From: an uncultured virus (IMG/VR IMGVR_UViG_3300042484_000728)
Lineage: Duplodnaviria; Heunggongvirae; Uroviricota; Caudoviricetes
DNA: 64,000 nt
IMG/VR virus record: IMGVR_UViG_3300042484_000728
Reading direction: 5' to 3' (one strand)
Below the pieces are notes generated by a model. The model saw only the letters and a program-made list of their open reading frames with translations, was not told the origin of the DNA and searched no databases. The position numbers and the translations under genes were made by a program. This document shows positions 47,915-59,900 of this stretch, one piece after another (position 1 is the first letter of the stretch; each line of letters begins with the position of its first letter).

Positions 47915-50900
47915 ATGGCAACAAGAAAAACCTACAAATTTTTACCTACCGTATTCCAAAGTGATGCTAATAAGAAATTCTTAGCTGCTACAATGGATCA
48001 GTTAGTAACTGAACCAAACTTAGAAACGCTTTACGGATATATCGGTCGTAAATTTGCTCCTACATATAAACCTAGTGATAGTTATGTTATTGAATATAAC
48101 GCTACTAGACAAAATTACCAGTTGGAGCCGGGGGTTGTAATTCAAGATGAACAGAACAATGTTACCTTTGTTGCTGACTATATTGACCTATTAGATAAAA
48201 TTGGATATTACGGTGGGCTAACAAATAATCACAGTCGGTTATTTGAACAAGATTATTATACGTTTGATCCTAAAATTAGTTTCGACAAATTAATTAATTT
48301 TAGTCAATACTACTGGTTGCCCGATGGGCCCGATCCTGTTGATGTAAGCACTAGCGGGGTTGATTTAACGATTACCTACACCGTGACACGTGATGCTGCT
48401 AACGGTCGTTATATATTTAGAAACAACGGTGTTGTTGATAACAGTATTATTTGTGCCCGCGGCGGAGTTTATGAGTTTGTAGTTGACCAACCGGGTGTGC
48501 CGTTTTGGATTCAAACAGAGACTGGTATAGACGGTGTAGTTAGTGCTACTCCTACCTTAAGTTCACGCGATGTATTTGGCGTAGAAAATAACGGTGCTGA
48601 TAACGGTATAGTAACATTCAAAGTACCACAAACCTACGCACAAGATCGTTATGTCAATATGCCTACTGTGTTTAGTGTAGACTATGCTACTCCTATCCCG
48701 TACAGTCAGGTAGCTAATAAAACATTAAGCCAATTTTTAACCGCATATCCACAATATGCAGGTATCACAGGTCAACTAAACGGCAGATATACTATATTTG
48801 TCGATGTTAACACGTGGACAAATGCAGGTGAAGAAGCCTGGACGAATCCAGTAGTAGTTGACAATGACGGCGATATTATTCCGGGGTATGATGCCAATGC
48901 GGTCATTGCTGAAGAAGATCGTTATGACGTATGGCGTGTGGTTTATGTTGACATTGGTCAAAAATTACGTTTAGATACTGCTATTGCTGCAAATATTATT
49001 GCTGGTACAAGTTTAACAGTAGGAAGTCAAGTAGTATCATTATTATATGACGCAACTGTAGGACAAGAATATGTTTATGTTCCTAACACTGTTACGGTAT
49101 CGGCTAATGCGACTATAAAACGTACAGATGTCATAACCGCACTGTCTGCAACTGCATCTGGTACCAACGAGATCACTGTTACAACTACAACCGGCTTAGT
49201 AGCAAATATGCCTGTGGTATTTGTTGGAAACCCAGCAGTGGGAGGAATAATTTCAGGTACTACTTACTATATTAAAGATGTTACTTCAGTAACAACATTT
49301 ACAATCAGCGACACGGTTAGTGGAAGTGAATTTACCTTAACCAACGATACAGGAGTAATGAATGTAACAGCATCGTACACAGACATTGCTGCCGGAACTA
49401 TAGTTACAAGCATTGCATCTGGCGACCCGTTGCTTAAACTAGTTCATACTCAAGATGTAGCAGTTAATGAGAAGATCTATATTAAACTTGGCATTGCAAA
49501 TGCTAACAAAGAATTCTTTAAAGATTACGACGGCTTCTTTGCTACGGTTCCTTTATTGACTTCACAAAATGATCAATTATGGATTCAAGATGGGGTTGCG
49601 CCAAATATCTATACTCCGATTAAAATTATTCAATATGCTGGGTGGATAATAGATGTAGAGACTGATATCATAGGTCAGCAAAACTATACTAGTCCTAATG
49701 GTATTGAATTCACATCAGGGCTTAAAGTGCAATTTGGTGATGATGTAGCCCCAGCATACTATCAAAATCGTCAATTTTATGTTGAACAAGTTGGTGATAT
49801 CGGTGGCGGAATACAATTAGTACCAGTTGACGAGCTAGTAACTCCAGAAGCATATATTGATGAAATAGCAATAAATTATCCAGGTGAATATTTCCCCGAC
49901 TACATTACCATCAATCGTGCAAGTAAAGAACGCAATGCATGGTCTCGCGGCAATCGATGGTTCCATGTTGATGTAATTACTGCTACAGCAGCCTATAATG
50001 GCACTGTTCCAACTTTTAATAATGGTATTCGTGGCCAACGTCCTATTGTACAATTTGAATCTAATATGCAATTGGTCAATGATGGGCGTATTGCTAAAGC
50101 ACCAATTGACGTATTAGATACAACTATTCAAAATGCGTTCATTGACCTACAAGGTAAAATATATACCAGTGTATTTGGTATTGAGCTGTTTGACAGTAAC
50201 GGCGATATTGCCTACCCAGAAGGTCTACGTGTAATTTTTGGCAACGATACTGACCCGCTAGTTAAAAATAAAATTTATCTATTAACGTTAGTTCAATATA
50301 GCGTTAACTCGTTACAATTACCATCGGGCCCTTATTATGTTGAACTTACAAAAGCGGCCGATGGAGATGTTATTGCCTACAATACCACAGTGGTTAAACT
50401 AGGAATATATAAAGGTAGCCAATGGTGGTTTGATGGGGTTAATTGGAATCAAAGCCAACAAAAAGAATATCTACAACAACCCCCATTATTTGATGTCTTA
50501 GACAGTAGACTAGATCTAAGTACAGGAGAAGTTATTCAAGGTAAAAGTCTAAGCCAGTATACTCGTAGTACATTTATTGGCACACAGATCTTTGGATATG
50601 ATAGAGCAACTACAGGAACTACTGATAGTGTGTTAAGTAGAGGCCCTGTTGCACCTGTATATGATGCAAATGGCAATGCTATTACTAATTTTTACTTAAG
50701 TTATAAGAATTTTACCACTCAAGGTGATATTAAATTCCAAAACTTTTTTAATACTGATACCTTTAGTTACGTTGACGAGTCTGGAACGATTGTGTCGCGT
50801 AATGTTAATCTAGGCTACATTCAAAAAATTGTAGATAGCCAAACATTGGATCCAAAAAATACATGGCTAACAGTTCCAGAGCAAAGCAAACAATATCAGC

Positions 50901-53900
50901 TATTCAGCTTTGTTTATACTGAGCCAACAAACCCTGACAATTATCTAAATATCAACGGTTATACTGATACGTTTACCTTAGACATCACACCAGTAAGCGA
51001 TGAACAATCTATTCCTTATGTAAAAGTATTCCAGAATTTTGTATATTTAAAACCTACAATCGATTGGACAATTGTTGGTAATCAAATCACTATTAGTACT
51101 ACATTAAATATTAACGATCAAATTGATATTTTAGTCTATAGTAACGAAATAAGTTCTACAGCATTTTATCAAGTTCCACAAAATTTAGATTTAAATTCAC
51201 AGAACATTGATATTGATAGTTTAACGCTAGGCCAGCTACGTAACCACTTAGTAGCATTGGCACAAAACAGTACAATTGTTGAAGGTGATGTATTAGCACA
51301 AAGTAATCTACGTGATATTGATATTAAGCAACAGGGCGGTACCATTCTTAAACACAGTGCCCCTGTACCTTATGCAAGTTTATTTTTAATTGACGAACAA
51401 GCAAACTTTATTAACAGTGTTCGTTATACTCAACAAGAATACACTAAATTTAAAAACAAATTCTTAGAATTGAGCACTAGTCTTGAAGGTATTGACCCAA
51501 CAGATCCTATAGGCAGCGTTGATAAGATTTTAACAAGAATTAATATTGTTAAAAATAAATCATTCCCTTGGTATTATAGTGACATGGTACCTTACGGTCC
51601 GTTAAAAAATATTGTTGGACAAATAGGAGCAATCGACGGCTTTGAAGTATTTGATCCGTTGCAGACAAATTACGAAATTACAAATATTTTTAGTGATACA
51701 AAACTAAGCAATCAAGCTGTGTTGGTTTATTTAAATGATCAGCAGCTTATTAAAGGGCTCGACTACACCTTTAGAACAGATACGCCAAGTATCGATTTTA
51801 CTATTGCGTTGGCAGTTGGCGACATTATTAAAATTGTTGAGTATAGTAACACTGATGGTAACTATATTCCAGAAACTCCGTCTAAGTTAGGACTATGGCC
51901 GAGATACACTCCTGAGATTTTTGTAGATGACACTTATAGAACATCTACAACTGTTATTCGTGGCCACGATGGTAGTATTACTCCAAGTTTCGGTGACTAT
52001 CGCGATAGCTTCTTACTTGAATTAGAACTACGTATCTATAACAATATTAAATTATCTGCAAATACTACATTTAGCGAGATCTTTAGTGTAGTTCCGGGTA
52101 AATTTAGAAGTAGCGATTATACATTAGCAGATGCAAACCAAGTGCGAAGTCAAAGTTTCTTAAACTGGGTTGGTAACAACAAACTTGATTATACTATTAA
52201 TGATACTTTTGACCCCAATGATCCGTTCACTTGGAACTACAGTTCAAGTCGCGATCGTGTAAATGGTGAATTGTTGCCGGGTAGTTGGCGTGCATGTTAT
52301 ATGTATTTCTATGATACAATTCGTCCGCATTTAACACCTTGGGAAATGTTAGGATTTCCTAGTCAACCAGACTGGTGGCAAGGCTTCTATGGTCCTGCAC
52401 CATTTACTGGCGGCAATAAAGTTCTATGGGACGATTTAGAAGCAGGATACATCCGTTACGGTGATCGTCAAGGCATTGACCCACATTATGTACGCCCTGG
52501 CCTGTCAGATTTTATTCCAGTAGATGAAAACGGTAACTTAATCAGTGTGGCACAATTGTTATGTCGTACATTTAACAGCAAACAAGCAGGCGCAGCCTGG
52601 GCTATTGGCCAACAAGGTCCTGTGGAATTTGCCTGGCGTACGAGCAGCGACTTTCCATTCGCCGCCCAACAGGCCTTGGCGTTATTAAAACCAGCTAAGT
52701 ATTTTGGTACATTAATTGACGTAAACTCATATACTCCGTTAAATGCACTATACACTTTCTCAACTGATGTGCAGGGTATTACAACAGAAATTACTCAATA
52801 CCTTGAAGATAGTACAAATAGACAGATTACACAGTCTGCAGTTGACTATAATGGTAATACCAGTGCTGGTACAGTTTATCGCGGCGCAGGCTATATTAAC
52901 TGGATTACTGAATATTTGATCAACCAAGGCGTCAGCCCGGCAAAATATCTACTGCCGCTGGTACAAAACTTTCAAGTTAATTTAACCTATAAGGTAAGCG
53001 GATTTACAGATCAAAAATATCTAGAAGTATTAGCCGAACAAGTCAGTCCAACAAGTACCAATGATAGTATTCTTATACCTAATGAAAACTATAAAGTATT
53101 CCTAAATGAAAAACCAGTGGCCATGGATGAAATCATTTACAGTGCGTTAATTATTGAAAAAACAAATAATGGTTATAGTATGCGCGGCTATGATTTGTTT
53201 AATAGTTACTTTACAATCATTCCAAGTATTATAAACAATAATGCTAGTAAAATTAAAGTACTGAACAGTACAGCTACCATCTATAATGATTATCAAAATC
53301 TATTAATGAATGTACCCTACGGTTATGAATTTAATACGCAACAACAGGTAGTTGATTTTATGATCAGCTACGAACGTTATCTAATAGCACAAGGATGGAC
53401 ATTTACAGATACTGATCCCCAATTAAATGAAATCAAAAACTGGCGGTTAAGCGCACGTGAATTCTTATACTGGGCTCAACAAGGATGGAAAGCGGGCAGT
53501 ATTTTAGTAGTAAGTCCAGTATCGAACACATTAAATGCCATTACCAGCGGTGCGGTGACAGAAGGCATCGAAGATAGTCAATACGGTAGTAGAGTTGTTG
53601 ACCAAAACTTTAATCTTATTAAGAATAACAATTATGCAGTTTATAGAACACCTACAGAGTTCAAATTAGAGCTGCAAGATGAGGCCAGTGTTATCGGTTA
53701 TGTAAAAGTTTCATTGGTGCAATACGAACATACGCTAATTTTTGATAATACCACAGTGTTCAATGACGTTATCTACCAACCAAGTAGTGGTAACCGCCAG
53801 TTCCGTTTAAAACTAATTGGTCAGCGCACCGCAGATTGGGACGGTAGTCTAAGCCCAGAAGGTTACATATATAACAGCGGCGTAGTAGATGCCTGGTACC

Positions 53901-56900
53901 AAGGCCAAGATTATCTTAAAGGTGATCTGGTACAATACAAGAGTCAATATTATACTGCTCTTCGAGATATCCCCGCTAATGGAACATTTCAGTTCCAAAA
54001 CTGGCAGGTGTTAGGCAAGAACGAAATACAAACAGGCCTACTGCCTAATTTTAGCACAATTGCTGTAGAAAGTCAATCATTTTATGATAGTTACGCTAAG
54101 ATACGTAACAAAAATCAAATGGCCTACAGTCATGCACTTATTGGCTTTAGAGAACGTCAATACCTTAGTGATTTAGGTCTAACAGAAACAACACAAATTG
54201 AATTCTACAAAGGTTACGTAGCGCAAAAAGGTACTAAGAATGCAGTTGATGCGTTTACCAAAGCAACTATTAATAACCTAACTAGCAACATTGCACTATA
54301 TGAAGAGTGGGCAGTGCGTGTTGGTGAATACGGTGCACTGACTAGCAATCCGTTTGTTGAAATTGCCTTAGATGAAAAAGCATTTGGGGTAAACCCTAGT
54401 GTGGCGAGTTTTGTAGACGCTGCCGATAATAATTTAGCCAATGGGGTTACTATATTCAATAGTACACAATTGCATAAATCATATGGTGCATACTCTGCTA
54501 ATGTTGCTTTGAACAGAACTGAAAATAGTGACTATGACAATGATATTCCTACAGCAGGATATGTAAATATTGACGACGTAGATTTGCAAATTTTTGACTT
54601 AACAAATTATGTTGACTTGGATAATAAGATTGCAGATATGGGCAGTGGTTATCTAATTTGGGTAGCTAAAGACTTTACGCAAGATTGGAATGTATTTCGC
54701 GTAACAGAAACTAATAATCAGATCACCGCAGTGACAAATAGTCTGAATGGATATATTACATTTACTACAGATAATCCACACGGCCTTTCTAAATATGATA
54801 TATTCTTAGTTAAGAATTTTGACGCGGCCTACAACGGCTTCTATCAAGTACTACGTGTAACTGGTGCATCGAGTCTTTTGGTAAGATATACAGGCGATAT
54901 TACTAACCTAGGTAACTTAACTACACAAACAGGTAGTGGTATGTTATTCCGTTTAGATAGCATGCGCTTTAAATACATGGAAGAAAGTCGTGTGTACGGG
55001 TTGTTAAATCCACCCAACGGCTGGAAAGTTGGAGATAAGATTTGGATTGACATAGATGCAGAAACCACCGCAGTACAAGGTCAACCATTTGGCACACAAC
55101 CTAGCGGCACATGGAAGGTATATGAAAAACAAACGCCGTGGGGCCTGGATCAAGAGGTAATTAAAGGCGGTAGTGAATATGTGCCCAATGACGGATTTGG
55201 GACTTCAGTAAAAATGTCGTCAGACGGTTTGATTATCGTTGCCGGAGCAGCACAACAAGGACAAATTCAATTTACCACAACAGGCTATTTAAACGCCAAT
55301 GTTGGTGCTTATATCGAACAGGTTTCGTCTGGTGCTAACTTAACTTTAGTTAGCAACCTAGGTGGAAACATATATGCTGGTCAATACAATAATAATTTTA
55401 CGTTTGACTCAACTGGTAACTTATCTATACTTTCTATAGACACTGGCGCTAAATTTATATCATCTACTACACGCATTGGTTATGTAAATACGTTCCTTAA
55501 AAACTATGCAGGCGAATTTGATCAAGGTCTCATATTGACCCCAACAGCCGCAAATACCTATGCATACGGTCATTCAGTTGATCTAGCAACTACAGCTGCT
55601 GGTAATACTAAAGTAGCAATCGGTGCTCCGAGTAGCTGGTCAGGAAACGGATACGTGTATATCTATGACAAAACCTTATCAAGCTACTCGTTTGATCGTA
55701 GTCAAATTCTTGTAAGTAATGTTACTGGTGACCAATTCGGTTACAGTATGGCATTTAATCAAGACGGTGAGTGGTTATACATCAGTGCTCCGGGTAATAA
55801 CAGTGTTTATGCATACGGATTAAAACGTTATGTTCCAGTACAAACACAGCTTACTTCTGTTAATAACAAAAATACTGTATACCTAAACAGTCCTATTTCA
55901 GTTAACCCAACTGACGTATTAATACAGGCTAATACTGGCGCAAGAACTTCTGTTCTTAGTGTAGTTTCTAGCACAGAAATTGTTGTTGATAACATTACAA
56001 ACTTTGTAAAAGTAACAACAGGCACAGACGGTAATGTGGTAATTGATGCCAACTTAACTATACTTGCTAACATTAGTGTTTTAAGTAGTGGTAACTTAGT
56101 ATCATATGGTGTTTATCCAACCGACCTAAGAAGCAATGCCGCAGTGAGCAGTATTCAGATAAACTCATTTACACCAGACTTTACTTCGGGTAGTGATGCT
56201 AGTAGTTTATTAGTTACTAGTTTAGATAAAACATTTATACCTAATATTGACTATGTATTCGATTACAGCACACGTACCGTTAGATTTATCAACAACGGTA
56301 ATATTGCCAGCAATGCTAATATTTCTGCAACGACCGTTACTATTACGCAACGCCCTTACTATGCCTTGGTACAAAAATTAACTGTTCCTACTGGTAACAG
56401 TTGGGCACAGTTTGGATATGCTATTTCCTCAAGTTTTGATGGTGCACAGGTAGCTGTTGGTGCCCCCGGCGATACCGTTGAAGATATCAACGGTATACTT
56501 CAATTGGGTGCTGGTGCAGTTTATGTATACGATCGTGTTATTGAAGCATTTAATTCAGTTACTGATGCAGTAGCTGGTACAGGTGGCCAAGACTATAACA
56601 CTGAAAATATCATTGCAACTGTACATAAAGTTACCATTGACGGTATTGAAAATATACAATATACAGTAGTAGGTACTAATACAATCAGATTTACTAATCC
56701 GCCTGCAATTGGCCAGGTTATTCTTGTTGAGGTTAATAAATTTAACTACCTAGAACGCCTAATCGGTGTAGATAGTTTAACAGGCGGCTTAGCTGCAATT
56801 CAGGCAAACGCTGCGTTCGGTACGAGCTTAACAATTTGTAGTAATAACTGTGCGATTTACATTGGTGCACCATATTATGATAACGGTACAGAATATAACA

Positions 56901-59900
56901 GTGGTGCCGTATGGAAATTCCATAACCGCGGTAGATTGTATGGTACTGACACGGGCTATGTACTAAACCCAACATTTAATCCAGTTGATACAATTCGTTT
57001 AAACAATTTTGAAGTTCGTATTAGTCTAGGCCTAACAGGCAACGTAACTGTAAGTACTGGAGATTGGATCACACAACCAAGCACTGGCGCTAACGTGCGA
57101 GTGACAGAAAGTACTACAGGTGACATTGTTAAAGTTTCAGGATATCAAAACGCCTACGTATTCTCAACAGGTGCAAACGTAGCAATTAATAACTCGTGGA
57201 CTGCATCAAATGTTGCAGTTAGGTTAACTACCTTAGACGAATTTGTACAAGATGTAAATGACGCTAACATTTTAGGAGTAACAGCCACAAATGAAAACGG
57301 ATATTTACGTTTAGACTCAGATGTTAAAGTTGCCAAAGACCAACTACGTATACTTTCAGGCATTACGAATTCTAGTAGTGCAGGTGTACTTGCAGAATCT
57401 GAAATGATTGTATTTGCATTCATGCAGATTATTGTTAATCCTTACGGGTTACCTGGTGAATATTTTGGTACAAAAGTTAAACTAGCAGCAAATGCATACA
57501 TGCTAGTGATTGGTAGTGCTCGAGGCACTACTAAAGAACTTACAACCATTGATGTGAGTACTACGACCAACGGAACTGTATTTGACGCGGCGTCTACTAG
57601 ACTACATGATAGAATACCAGGTAGTGGTAGTGTTTACATTTACGAATTATATGACGATCCACGTGATGATGTAGAGGATCCGGGACGATATGCATTTGCA
57701 CAACAATTAGACCCGGGTATATTAATTCCCGGCGGTCAATTTGGATATGCATTAGATATTGAAGGGGCATATATTACTATTGCAGCACCATTTATGGCAC
57801 CAGCGGGTGCACCTGCTAAATCCGGTAGTATCTATGTGTTTAGTAACCCTACGATGGCTAGGGGCTGGGGACTAATACGTTATCAATCTCCTAAAGTTGA
57901 TTTAGATAGTGTAACTCGTGCGTACCTATACAGTAGTCAAACTAATTTAATTGAAGAAAATTTACAATTTGTTGATCCAGCTAAAGGGCGCATATTAGGA
58001 CAAGCAGAAGAAAATATTTCATTTAAGACAGAATACGATCCTGCTGTTTATAATAAAGGATATAACTCAGAAGCTGATATTAATTCTAGTGTCTACTGGA
58101 GTGACAAACAAGTAGGAAAAGTTTGGTGGGATTTAAGTACTGTTCGCTTTATTGATTACGAACAAGATTCACTAACCTATCGTAGTCTACATTGGGGTGA
58201 GTTGTTCCCAGGAAGTTCGATTAATGTGTATGAATGGATAGAAAGCACAGTATTACCAAGCCAATATGTTAACACTAATGGAGCATTACAGGGCATACCT
58301 AAACATGAAGACGATAGTGCGTATGTTGAAATAATTACGGTTGATCAGACAACAGGCATTATTACTACTAGGTATTTTTTCTGGGTATACGATCAAACTC
58401 ATTTAGATGACACGATACCGAGCCGTACCTTGCCAGTGAAGGCAATCGTAGATTATATTGCAAATCCTAAATCACAAGGTATTCCTTATGCGGCTATGAT
58501 ACGCAGTAATGCTATTGTATTCTACAATGTTGCTACTTACCTAAGTTCCGATAATACCATTGTTCACTTAGATCATCAATTAGAAATTAACACTGATTTG
58601 ATTCACAGTGAATACGAGTTAATACAAAAAGGTAATCCTAATAATCCGATTCCGACTAAATTAGTTAACAAGTTTGTCGACAGTTTAGCAGGGATTGACC
58701 AGCAGGGTTCAACGGTGCCTGATCCAACATTGAGTTTAGCAGATCGATATGGTGTTGATATTCGTCCACGCCAAAGTATGTTTGTTGATAGACTATCAGC
58801 AGTCAATGAAATGATTCAATATGTTAATGATATTTTTGCTATTAATCCTATTGCTGAACAATTTGACTTAACCGGATTAAATGCTCAAGAAGCAGAGCCT
58901 AATTTTAAATTAGGTGAATATGATCAAGCAGTGTCGACAGAAGTTGAGTTAGAGTATATAGACACATTGCCGTTATCACCGGGATACCGTGTACTAGTTA
59001 AAAACGATACATCACAAAACGGATTGTGGGTTTTATATACATTAACAGATAGTAAGAGTTGGCTGATCACCAGAGTACAAAGTTATAAAACAAGTATCTA
59101 TTGGTCATATGCTGACTGGTATGCTACAGGATATAGTGCTTCAACTAAACCAGACTTTAGCGTAGAAACTACAGTTAATGCACTTGCATTACAAGCAATT
59201 GCCGGCAGTGTAATTTATATTCGCAACGCTACAGGTAATAATACATGGCAACTAGTAGTAGTTGAGGTTGGCGGTGGATTGGGTGTAGTAGGCATCCAAA
59301 ACGGTACAGTACAATTAGATACTACACTAGGTAATTATGTAGATAATAATTTAGGGTTTGGTAATCAAGATTTTGATAGCAACAGATACGATCAAAATCC
59401 TAACAAAGAAATTCGTTCGATTGTACAAGCATTATATAATAACATTTTTAAAAATACCTTACAAGGTGAATTTAATAACTTGTTCTTTGTAATGATTAAC
59501 TATCTATTAACTGAACAAACTTATGTAGATTGGTTATTTAAATCTAGCTTTATTAGTATCACACATAAACTAAGAACTCTAAGTCAGTTCCCGAGCTATG
59601 TAGTTGATAACCAAACATACTATCAAAATTACATTGAAGAAGTTAAACCGTACCGTACTAAGATACGTGAATATCTATTAGATTATACAGGCAATGACAC
59701 TTTTGGCGGCGATATTACAGACTTTGACTTACCGGCTTACTATGATACATTTGGTCTTACATCAATGTTCCGTAGTCCGAGCGGAGAAGCACCGTATGTG
59801 GCCAAGGATTCAGCAACATGGCAAACATGGCCGTATAACCAATGGTACAATAATAGAAATCTTGTAGTAGATGGCATTAGAATTGAAAATGCCGGTAAAG